A stretch of 27,048 nucleotides of DNA, taken from the IMG/VR virus record IMGVR_UViG_3300020358_000021, positions 1 to 27,048 of that record; one strand, given 5' to 3'. The translations under genes were made by a program, and so were the position numbers. How positions within the stretch are numbered: the stretch's first letter is position 1; the number at the start of each line of letters is the position of its first letter. Below the pieces are notes generated by a model. The model worked only from the letters and a program-made list of their open reading frames with translations, had not been told where the DNA came from and made no database searches. The DNA comes from a virus. Lineage: Duplodnaviria; Caudoviricetes. This document shows, piece after piece, positions 1 through 7,030 of the stretch.

Positions 1-2
1 TA

Positions 3-143
3 AGAGAAGAACGTAGAGGTTCTTTTGTACCTAGGTTACCTGACGCAGAGAGATGGATTAAACATGAACGTTATAATGATGAATTTGTAGCAGGTCAAAA
101 CTACATCAGTACTAATACTAAACCTCAAAGAGATGAACGGTAA
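3..143 (+). CDS. 3' end of a probable phage replication initiator protein (5'-truncated by the window)
   Basis: Hand translation from nt 3 gives REERRGSFVPRLPDAERWIKHERYNDEFVAGQNYISTNTKPQRDER*. FVP..P.AERWIKHERYNDE resembles the C-terminal (Y/F)IPxPxTWLNxxRWxDE motif of phage initiators. It overlaps the dnaB start. Confidence 0.55.
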   Translation, partial: REERRGSFVPRLPDAERWIKHERYNDEFVAGQNYISTNTKPQRDER

Positions 144-1422
144 TATAGAGCAAATCCTTATTAGTAAGCTTATACATAAAAAGGCTGACTATTATGAGTA
201 CAATGAACAACTTATACCAGAGTTATTTACTGACCCGATATGTCGTGAAATATTTGTATGGCTAGATGCAGAGTATCAAAATGGTAGAAAGTTTGACTTA
301 CTAAAAGCTTGTACAGAGATTAAAGGTGTAGATAACATAGCATTCCATGTAGCTGCTTGCTCAGACAGTGGTATAAGTTACATGCACGAGACTCTAACCT
401 GTATTATGCACCTTAAAAACGACCATAAAAAATCTGTGGTTAAATCTTTATGCCAAGAAGTACTGTATAGTATAGACAATAAAGACGTAGATGATAATAT
501 ATCTATTATAGAAAAGTCTTTGCTTGATGTCAATAAATCAGATGTAGGTTCTATAGTAGAAATATCTCAGCACTTGCGTGATACTATAGCGATTATAGAA
601 AAGAACTCACTATCATCAGGTATAAGTGGTATAACATCAGGATTTGATTCTATCGATAGGTTTACAGGTGGTTGGCAACCTCAAGACCTTATTATAGTCG
701 GTGGTGCATCATCTATGGGTAAGACATCCTTTGCATTGGCTTTATCGTCAAATGCTGCTAGAGCAGGCCATAATAGCGTTATATTCTCTTACGAGATGTC
801 TAGTACTCAGCTCATGTCGAGAATACTAAGTTGCGAAACTATGATTGACAATCGCTACCTTATAAAAGGTACGTTAACAAATGACGAGTGGAATACTATA
901 CATAAAGCCACTGGTAGTATAGAGAAGTTACCTTTGTATATAGACGACTGTAAAAGTACTAGTCTTCGCTACTTGCTTAATAAAATTAGGCAATATGTTA
1001 TTACTAAGGGTGTTAAGCTTGTAATGATAGATTATCTCCAGCTTGTGAGCAACATGCTTAAAGGAAGAAGCAGGGAGCAAGAGGTATCTGTCATTGCACG
1101 CTCCCTTAAAAATATAGCTAAAGAGCTTGATATTACAGTTATTGCTTTATCACAACTATCAAGAGGTGTGGAACGTAATGAAGGGTGCAGGCCGATGCTA
1201 TCTAATCTAAGAGAATCAGGTGAGATAGAGCAGGCTGCAGATGCAGTAGTCTTTGTATACAGACCAGAATATTACGGTTTTAATGCAGATGACCAAGGCA
1301 AAAGCACAGAAGGAAGAGCAGAAATTATATTTGCAAAGGGTAGAAATATTGGTATAGGAAGCAAATGGTTGAAGTGGACAAACTACTTAACAAAATTTGA
1401 CGAAATAGAAGATATTTACTAA
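133..1422 (+). CDS. dnaB: Replicative DNA helicase, DnaB family
   Basis: Walker A GASSMGKTS, plus FSYEMS, IDYLQL, LSQLSR, LRESGEIEQAAD, VYRPEYY and AKGRN motifs of the DnaB C-terminal domain; 429 aa. Confidence 0.95.
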   Translation: MNGNIEQILISKLIHKKADYYEYNEQLIPELFTDPICREIFVWLDAEYQNGRKFDLLKACTEIKGVDNIAFHVAACSDSGISYMHETLTCIMHLKNDHKKSVVKSLCQEVLYSIDNKDVDDNISIIEKSLLDVNKSDVGSIVEISQHLRDTIAIIEKNSLSSGISGITSGFDSIDRFTGGWQPQDLIIVGGASSMGKTSFALALSSNAARAGHNSVIFSYEMSSTQLMSRILSCETMIDNRYLIKGTLTNDEWNTIHKATGSIEKLPLYIDDCKSTSLRYLLNKIRQYVITKGVKLVMIDYLQLVSNMLKGRSREQEVSVIARSLKNIAKELDITVIALSQLSRGVERNEGCRPMLSNLRESGEIEQAADAVVFVYRPEYYGFNADDQGKSTEGRAEIIFAKGRNIGIGSKWLKWTNYLTKFDEIEDIY

Positions 1423-1427
1423 TACAC

Positions 1428-1458
1428 TTTGTTAATAACAAATATTTTTGTATCTTTA
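1428..1458 (+). promoter_or_regulatory. Candidate Bacteroidota sigma-ABfr-type promoter upstream of the HU-like gene
   Basis: TTTG (1428-1431), 19-nt spacer, then TATCTTTA (1451-1458), one mismatch to TAnnTTTG. It lies in one of the few intergenic gaps. Confidence 0.5.
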
Positions 1459-1463
1459 CCTAC

Positions 1464-1691
1464 ATGAAAAACTCAAAGGATATAGTTGATAAAATCAACG
1501 ACACACTACCTTTCAGCAAAGAAACTATACGTTCTGTTGTTAACAAAACATTTAGTGAATTGAAAGAAAGAATCAGTAAAGGAGACAAAGTTATGCTAAG
1601 AGGTTTTGTAAAATTTGTAAGTTCATCTAACAAAAAGAGCAAAACCTATAGCATAGAACAAATCAAACAACTAAAGACAAAAAACAAATGA
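1464..1691 (+). CDS. HU/IHF-like DNA-binding protein, truncated (no beta-ribbon arm)
   Basis: N-terminal helices followed by KGDKVMLRGFVKF match the HU/IHF signature (GxxVxLxGFGxF). The GRNPxTG arm is absent. Confidence 0.75.
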   Translation: MKNSKDIVDKINDTLPFSKETIRSVVNKTFSELKERISKGDKVMLRGFVKFVSSSNKKSKTYSIEQIKQLKTKNK

Positions 1692-2323
1692 AACCTAACA
1701 TTATTGTAGTAGGAAAGAGTGGCTCAGGTAAGTCATCATCCTTAAGAAATCTTAACCCAGAAACAACAGCAGTTTTAAATATAGAGCGTAAGCAATTACC
1801 ATTTAAAGGTGCTATGAAATTTAAAAACGTAGGTATCCCTGATTTAAACACGTTTAATGCAGCGTTTAAAAAAGCTGTAGAATCTACAGACATTGATACT
1901 ATCGTAATAGAATCATTCACATCTTTAGTAGAGATGATATACAGAGAAGCAGACATTAGGTTTAAGGGCTTTGACGTGTGGTCGTTTTATAATAAAGAGA
2001 TAGATAGAATCTTAAACATGAGTAAGAACAGTGATAAGTACATAGTGTTCTTAGCTATCGATGGTGCTTATGACGGAGAAGACGGTGTGCAAGAAAGATT
2101 TGTAGCTGTTGACGGTAACAGGTGGAAGAAAAGAGTAGAAAAAGAATTTGTATTGTGTTTATATACCGACAACTATTATGGTGAAGGCCAAACTAAGTTT
2201 CAGTTTAGAACACAATCAAATGGTAAAGACTCAGCAAAAAGTCCTATGGAAATGTTTGATGAGTTGATGATACCAAATGACCTAGCATTGGTTATAGATA
2301 AATGCGAAGAGTATTATAGTTAA
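1688..2323 (+). CDS. P-loop ATPase, AAA_24/Sak4-like phage recombination protein
   Basis: Walker A GKSGSGKSSS and Walker B-like IVIES; about 210 aa; directly upstream of an SSB-like gene, the typical sak4-ssb arrangement. Confidence 0.75.
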   Translation: MKPNIIVVGKSGSGKSSSLRNLNPETTAVLNIERKQLPFKGAMKFKNVGIPDLNTFNAAFKKAVESTDIDTIVIESFTSLVEMIYREADIRFKGFDVWSFYNKEIDRILNMSKNSDKYIVFLAIDGAYDGEDGVQERFVAVDGNRWKKRVEKEFVLCLYTDNYYGEGQTKFQFRTQSNGKDSAKSPMEMFDELMIPNDLALVIDKCEEYYS

Positions 2324-2346
2324 TTATAAACCAAACAACAAAAAAA

Positions 2347-2892
2347 ATGTTTGAAAATTTAAATGACGTAGAAGTTAGTAAAACTACTAATTACCTACAA
2401 GCAGGAGTGCACAAAGTAAGAGTAATGGAAGTTAAATCTTCTAAACAAAGAGAAGGTTACACGGGTATGCCTTACACAGAGTTCAAGGTTCAGAACCAAC
2501 AAGGTATTGCATATCTTAAAATGTCTGGAGCTGATGCTACAACGTCTGAAGCTGCAGTAGCTATACGTAAAAAGATATTTGCAGGCTTCCTACGTTCAAC
2601 TGGAGTTAAAAATCTTAACAACGTTCCTTTAGCTTGCAAAGAAACATTAGGTAAAGATATTAATGTATTGTTATGCTCTAGAGAGTATTGGACTAATGAC
2701 AAAGACACAGGTACACCTGTAGTTAAGACAGTAGTAGACTATAAATACTCTACACCTGCTGAAGAACCTTTGCAATGGACAGATAAGTATAACAAAACTT
2801 TATCACCAGCAGACCAAGCAGCATACAAAGCTGCATATGATGCTCATGTTACAAGTAATAGTAACACAGCGGGAGCTGATATGCCATTCTAA
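2347..2892 (+). CDS. ssb: Phage single-stranded DNA-binding protein (DUF669-like OB fold)
   Basis: N-terminal YLQAGVHKVRVMEV beta pattern; low-complexity linker ending in the SSB-type tail ADMPF; follows the Sak4-like ATPase. Confidence 0.65.
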   Translation: MFENLNDVEVSKTTNYLQAGVHKVRVMEVKSSKQREGYTGMPYTEFKVQNQQGIAYLKMSGADATTSEAAVAIRKKIFAGFLRSTGVKNLNNVPLACKETLGKDINVLLCSREYWTNDKDTGTPVVKTVVDYKYSTPAEEPLQWTDKYNKTLSPADQAAYKAAYDAHVTSNSNTAGADMPF

Positions 2893-2902
2893 ATAATTAT
2901 AT

Positions 2903-2924
2903 GGGGGTAGGTAACACTACCCCT
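2903..2924 (+). terminator. GC-rich hairpin after ssb (terminator or mRNA-stabilising stem)
   Basis: GGGGTAG (2904-2910), loop GTAACA, CTACCCC (2917-2923) is a perfect 7-bp stem in an AT-rich gap. There is no clear U-tract, so termination is uncertain. Confidence 0.55.
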
Positions 2925-2932
2925 AATATATT

Positions 2933-3331
2933 ATGAAGTTAATACATACAGCTAAGGTGATAAAATGCAGGCTAAATTTTGAAGACATAGAAAGATTGAA
3001 TCAAGACATTTGTAGATACGAAGACAAGATTGTTGAAGTAACTATCAAAGAGTACAAACCTAAAAGAAGTAACCAGTTAAATCAATATTATTGGGGTGTC
3101 GTTGTTAAACTTATATCTGATTACACAGGGTATAATAAACAAGAAACACACGAGCTTATCAAGCAAACTTTTCTTAAAAAGAAAACCCTAATAAATGATG
3201 AGTGGTTTGACACTACAGATAGTACTACTAAACTTAACAACTTAGAGATGTTAAAGTTGATTGAAGAAGTTAAACTATGGGCAGCAGAAACGTTAAGCCT
3301 ATATATACCCGACCCACATGAAAAAGAATGA
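2933..3331 (+). CDS. NinB/Orf-like recombination accessory protein
   Basis: KRSNQLNQYYWGVV..HE..K..FL...STTKL...EM...IE....WAAE......PDP pattern typical of the NinB-like family. Confidence 0.7.
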   Translation: MKLIHTAKVIKCRLNFEDIERLNQDICRYEDKIVEVTIKEYKPKRSNQLNQYYWGVVVKLISDYTGYNKQETHELIKQTFLKKKTLINDEWFDTTDSTTKLNNLEMLKLIEEVKLWAAETLSLYIPDPHEKE

Positions 3332-3722
3332 AATATTTATACCATTTAATGTTAGTTCAAGTAAGAACAGCAAGCAATGGACAGGTAAATACCTGATAAA
3401 CAGCAAGGCAACAAGAGAGTATATAAAGAAGAGCAAGAGCTATTACGTCGAACAGACTGAACGGTTTATCGAACTCACTAAAGACTTACCTAAACCCTTG
3501 CATATATCTTTCTATTTCATACGCAATAGCAGACGAAGGTTTGACTATATCAATCCCGCACAAACAGTACAAGACTTGATGGTTAAGTACGATTGGATTG
3601 AAGATGATGATGTACACAACTTAGTACCATACTTTCATGGATACCATGTTGATAAAGAAAACCCAGGAGTAATAATTAGAATCCTTGAAAATGAAACTAC
3701 AGAAAAGCACACACAAGACTAG
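3318..3722 (+). CDS. RusA-like Holliday junction resolvase
   Basis: RRRFDYINPAQTVQDLM...WIEDDD corresponds to the RusA acidic motifs (DxDN...D...DD); C-terminal NPGVIIRI strand. Confidence 0.7.
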   Translation: MKKNEIFIPFNVSSSKNSKQWTGKYLINSKATREYIKKSKSYYVEQTERFIELTKDLPKPLHISFYFIRNSRRRFDYINPAQTVQDLMVKYDWIEDDDVHNLVPYFHGYHVDKENPGVIIRILENETTEKHTQD

Positions 3723-3912
3723 ACTATTAGAATGGTTTAAAACACACGACAGTATTACATCACTAGAAGCCTTTAAAGAGCTTGGTAATACAAGACTAGC
3801 AGCTACAATATTTACGCTGATAGAAGACGGTAAAACAATTAATAAAGAAACTATTGCAGCACCAACAAGGTGGAACACAGATGCACATGTAACTAAATAC
3901 ACACTACTATAA
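3685..3912 (+). CDS. Small winged helix-turn-helix protein
   Basis: RLLEWF...SITSLEAFKELGNTRLAATIFTL..DG..I pattern of a common small phage wHTH family. Confidence 0.7.
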   Translation: MKMKLQKSTHKTRLLEWFKTHDSITSLEAFKELGNTRLAATIFTLIEDGKTINKETIAAPTRWNTDAHVTKYTLL

Positions 3913-4694
3913 TGAGAGAAATCAAAACATTAACAGACGATTACATTAAAGACGATGAGTCTTATTTTGCAGACAATATGTATGTAACAAGCAGCATGTC
4001 TAAACAATTATCATCAGGTAGTACACTACAGTTAGAACATTATTTAAATACTGAACACAAAGAATCAGAAGCTTTATTAGTAGGAAGTGCATTCCATTGC
4101 TTTATACTTGAACCAGAAGAGTTTGATAAACGTTATGTGTATGCACCAAAGATTGATAAACGTACTAAAGCAGGTAAAGAGTTATATGCAGAGTTCTTAG
4201 AAACTATTGGAGATAGAAAACCAGTACCAGCTCATTATGAATTTGCATTTGAATCTATGCAAGAAAGATTATCTAAGCATAAAAACGCTAATGAATTACT
4301 TAAAGGTGCGCAAGAAAGAGAAGTCGTACACTTTTGGTTAGACGTTAAGACAGGATTAAAATGCAAAGGGAAAGTAGATGCTCAAGGACATGATTATATA
4401 GTAGACTTAAAAACTACCAGCAAAAAAGCTGACCCAGATAGTTTTCAAAAGTTCTTAAATGATTACAACCTTACGCATCAAGCTGCTTTCTATGCTAATG
4501 GTACTAAGAAGAAAGACTTTTATTTTATTATGATTGAGCTTAAAGCTCCATTTGGTATCGGTGTATACAAGATGAGTGAAGATGCAATCAAACATGGTAA
4601 CAAGTCAGTTGACGTAACACTAGATATATATAAAAGATTTGTAAATGATGATTACACTTCTGATTATAACGACAGTAAAATAAACATAGTTTAA
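3912..4694 (+). CDS. PD-(D/E)XK exonuclease, RecE/exonuclease VIII (DUF3799)-like
   Basis: GSAFHCFILEPEEF, DKRTKAGKE, CKGKVD, IVDLKTT and HQAAFY motifs. Confidence 0.85.
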   Translation: MREIKTLTDDYIKDDESYFADNMYVTSSMSKQLSSGSTLQLEHYLNTEHKESEALLVGSAFHCFILEPEEFDKRYVYAPKIDKRTKAGKELYAEFLETIGDRKPVPAHYEFAFESMQERLSKHKNANELLKGAQEREVVHFWLDVKTGLKCKGKVDAQGHDYIVDLKTTSKKADPDSFQKFLNDYNLTHQAAFYANGTKKKDFYFIMIELKAPFGIGVYKMSEDAIKHGNKSVDVTLDIYKRFVNDDYTSDYNDSKINIV

Positions 4695-5101
4695 TGGAAG
4701 AGCAATTAGTATTTGTATACGGGACACTAAAACACGGACACTCAAACAATGTGTTAATGGATAGCTCTAAGTTTATAGGTAGAGCTATAACAATAGATAA
4801 GTTTGTTATGTACCAAAGTGGTATACCTTTCGTGTCTAAATCATTAAACACAACTAACATATCAGGTGAGGTTTATAGTGTAAATGAAACAACTATGTCT
4901 AACTTAGACCTACTAGAACACCATCCAGATTGGTATGTAAGAGAGAAAGTTTCTGTTAGAGTTATAGACAGAGAAGGTGAAATAAAAACAATGGAAGCTT
5001 GGTTGTATTTTAATGAAGAGATACCACATTCAGCTACATTAGTAAAATCAGGAATATATGGATACGAAAATAAAAGTAGGCTTGACGCCTTATTTCTCTA
5101 A
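4694..5101 (+). CDS. Gamma-glutamylcyclotransferase-like (AIG2/YtfP family) protein
   Basis: VFVYGTLK, GEVY.V, LDLLE..P..Y.R and AWLYF motifs. Confidence 0.9.
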   Translation: MEEQLVFVYGTLKHGHSNNVLMDSSKFIGRAITIDKFVMYQSGIPFVSKSLNTTNISGEVYSVNETTMSNLDLLEHHPDWYVREKVSVRVIDREGEIKTMEAWLYFNEEIPHSATLVKSGIYGYENKSRLDALFL

Positions 5102-5288
5102 TAAAGAAATTAAAAAACAAATAGATGAACTGCTGCATGAGAATGCAGTGGTTCAATCTAATTTAGGAATAGATAGTACTAAACAAGAAAAAGAAAAAGC
5201 ACATGGAGAAAGTACAAAAATCTGTATTAAAATCGAAGCCTTGGATGAACAACTTGCAAAGAGTATGTTCCCTGAGCATTACGGATAA
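5058..5288 (+). CDS. Hypothetical protein
   Basis: 76-aa helical ORF tiling the operon; no family recognised. Confidence 0.6.
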   Translation: MDTKIKVGLTPYFSNKEIKKQIDELLHENAVVQSNLGIDSTKQEKEKAHGESTKICIKIEALDEQLAKSMFPEHYG

Positions 5289-5715
5289 AGAAAAAGATTT
5301 AATTTCTAGTATATTTATTAAAGCTTACCTGCATGAAGATATTAAATATGATATGCTGGGTAGTAGAAAAAGAGTATACGTTGAAACAAACGCTATTATA
5401 GCTGCAGTAGTTAAAGAGTACTTTAATGTAACAGTATCTCAAGTGGGTAAGATGTTTAACAAACATCACGCGACGATACTTCATTACATAAACATGTATG
5501 AAGAAACTTTATGTATGAATAAAAGTAGCAGAGAGCTATATCAATCCTTAACTTTGTATGTAAGAGAAAGTATATATGGACCTGGAGGTGAAAAAGATTA
5601 CAATATTGGAGAAAAAAGTAATAAACAACTAAAAGAAATTAACTTGCAACTAAAAGCGCAAATTAAAACTCTTGAAAAGAAAATTACTAACATAACAGAA
5701 TTGCTAGATGTCTAG
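5203..5715 (+). CDS. Protein with DnaA domain IV-like (Bac_DnaA_C) HTH and C-terminal coiled coil; start uncertain
   Basis: SRKRVYVETNAI...VSQVGKMFNKHHATILHY resembles DnaA R.R...R.IAM...SLxEIGxxFGGRDHTTVLHA. The true start may be downstream (e.g. ATG 5245). Confidence 0.65.
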   Translation: MEKVQKSVLKSKPWMNNLQRVCSLSITDKEKDLISSIFIKAYLHEDIKYDMLGSRKRVYVETNAIIAAVVKEYFNVTVSQVGKMFNKHHATILHYINMYEETLCMNKSSRELYQSLTLYVRESIYGPGGEKDYNIGEKSNKQLKEINLQLKAQIKTLEKKITNITELLDV

Positions 5716-6016
5716 TAAACGGTTATATAAAGCTCCAATGTTTTTCAATGACTTAACTTATCTAGTTAAAAAATATGAAATGAAACGAGGTAAGTTAACT
5801 TTGCAATCAGTAGGTATTAAACTTACGTCTAGAGAAGTTTGTATAGGTGATAGATTAGATATTCTCAATGATAAGTATTGGAATGCTAATTTGTTTTCTA
5901 GATTAAATTCTGAACATGCAGGAAAACATGGTTGTGAGATAAGTATAATTCTATTTGATGTTATATCAAAACTAGGGTTTACAACTGAAATAAAAGATAG
6001 AGAGTACCAAGCTTGA
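5708..6016 (+). CDS. Hypothetical protein
   Basis: 102-aa ORF overlapping the upstream stop; no family recognised. Confidence 0.6.
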   Translation: MSSKRLYKAPMFFNDLTYLVKKYEMKRGKLTLQSVGIKLTSREVCIGDRLDILNDKYWNANLFSRLNSEHAGKHGCEISIILFDVISKLGFTTEIKDREYQA

Positions 6017-6031
6017 GTTGGGCATACAATG

Positions 6032-6128
6032 CAAAGTCCTGGCAGGGGTGCTAGGCAATTCAGCGTCGAAGGTAGAGCTTAAGTCACTCTACCATTGACT
6101 TTGAGTTAAATCTGCTAACATAAGTAGA
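6032..6128 (+). ncRNA. Candidate structured RNA (multi-branched stem-loop), family unknown
   Basis: Pairings: CAAAGT 6032-37/ACTTTG 6098-6103; CCTGGCA 6038-44/TGCTAGG 6049-55; CAAT 6056-59/ATTG 6094-97; GGTAGAG 6071-77/CTCTACC 6087-93; TCTGCT 6111-16/AGTAGA 6123-28. G.U pairs favour the + strand. Confidence 0.5.
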
Positions 6129-6135
6129 GTCAGTT

Positions 6136-6333
6136 ATGAAAATCAAAGAAGAGAAAAGAAATAAAGAAATTATAGACTACGTAGTAGATTTGTATTCAAG
6201 TTCTGGTAAAGGCTTTAATAAAGCTAAAAGATTTCTTAGAAAAAAGTTTGGTATGAAAGTAAGCGAAAACGATTTAGAACGTGCTTTAGAAAATCTTGAA
6301 GTAAAAAGATTTGAAGCTTTAAACAAAGAATAA
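6136..6333 (+). CDS. Hypothetical basic protein
   Basis: 65-aa ORF immediately downstream of the structured element. Confidence 0.6.
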   Translation: MKIKEEKRNKEIIDYVVDLYSSSGKGFNKAKRFLRKKFGMKVSENDLERALENLEVKRFEALNKE

Positions 6334-6334
6334 A

Positions 6335-6559
6335 ATGCAAGACAAAGAAATAGAATTGTTAATGCACAAAGGTTGGTGGATTCAAGTAAGTCCATTAGCA
6401 GAAAGAAACAGCGGTTGGATTTGTGGAATATACAAGAGAGGTGTTAAGACAGGTAACTGGAGTACACAATATTCTAAACAATTTCTTAGCCCTAACGAAG
6501 CTTACGCTTGGGGGTATACAATAATCGATGCAGAACTAAGTAAAGGAAAACTACTATGA
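6335..6559 (+). CDS. Hypothetical protein (Trp-rich)
   Basis: 74-aa ORF starting 1 nt after the upstream stop. Confidence 0.65.
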   Translation: MQDKEIELLMHKGWWIQVSPLAERNSGWICGIYKRGVKTGNWSTQYSKQFLSPNEAYAWGYTIIDAELSKGKLL

Positions 6560-6639
6560 TACAAAACGTAATAATTTTAATCGTGACTATATTGTGCTTA
6601 ATTGTCGTAATAGAGTCATTTAGTAATCGAGATAAATGA
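6556..6639 (+). CDS. Micro-protein with a single TM helix (27 aa; not in the ORF track)
   Basis: MIQNVIILIVTILCLIVVIESFSNRDK*, with ATGA overlaps to both neighbours. Confidence 0.55.
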   Translation: MIQNVIILIVTILCLIVVIESFSNRDK

Positions 6640-6830
6640 TGCAACATATTTCATTAATCATTAAAGCAATTAAAAATGCGTGGAATAATCACAAGAGCTC
6701 TAAGAGCATCAATCAAGAAAGGTATGACCTTAAACGTAGTCAAAAGATACCTGAAGATAAAGTACAAAATTGCTGTAAGCTTAATTGTGCTTGCAAAAAG
6801 AAAAAAAAGTATTTAAAAAAAAAAGATTAG
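6636..6830 (+). CDS. Hypothetical basic protein with Cys cluster
   Basis: 64 aa; CCKLNCAC followed by a poly-Lys tail; last gene of the + arm. Confidence 0.5.
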   Translation: MMQHISLIIKAIKNAWNNHKSSKSINQERYDLKRSQKIPEDKVQNCCKLNCACKKKKKYLKKKD

Positions 6831-6835
6831 TTAAG

Positions 6836-6925
6836 ACACAAATGCCCGCAGTCCTCATACCAAATATGTGTGAGCTGCTCTAGGCATTCGTTCTTCAATC
6901 CATCGGGGGAAGGAACTGATTGTGT
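6836..6925 (+). ncRNA. Candidate structured RNA (three-way junction), family unknown
   Basis: Pairings: ACACAA 6836-41/TTGTGT 6920-25; ATGCC 6842-46/GGCAT 6883-87; GCAG 6848-51/CTGC 6875-78; CTCATAC 6854-60/GTGTGAG 6868-74; GTTCTTC 6890-96/GAAGGAAC 6909-16. Confidence 0.5.
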
Positions 6926-6927
6926 AC

Positions 6928-6968
6928 TATATATGAAGTCTATCAATATTATATAAGACTCATGTGTA
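6928..6968. terminator. AT-rich hairpin in the convergence zone of the two transcription arms
   Basis: TATATATG 6928-35/CATGTGTA 6961-68 and AGTCT 6937-41/AGACT 6956-60; lies between convergent genes. Confidence 0.35.
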
Positions 6969-7030
6969 TAAACTCTTAGAAAATCTTTCATAAATTTTAA
7001 AATTAAAACCTAAAGGATTGCACGGTAGTT

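Noticed and set aside
6032-6128. tRNA or hammerhead ribozyme
   Set aside because: There is no T-loop GTTC(R)A or cloverleaf, and the CUGANGA/GAAA core is not present at the junction on either strand.
6836-6925. Cobalamin riboswitch or SRP RNA, suggested by GCCCGCA and GGGAAGG words
   Set aside because: Other required elements (GCCACUG, CAGG..GGAA..AGCAG) are absent, and there is no downstream same-strand gene to regulate.
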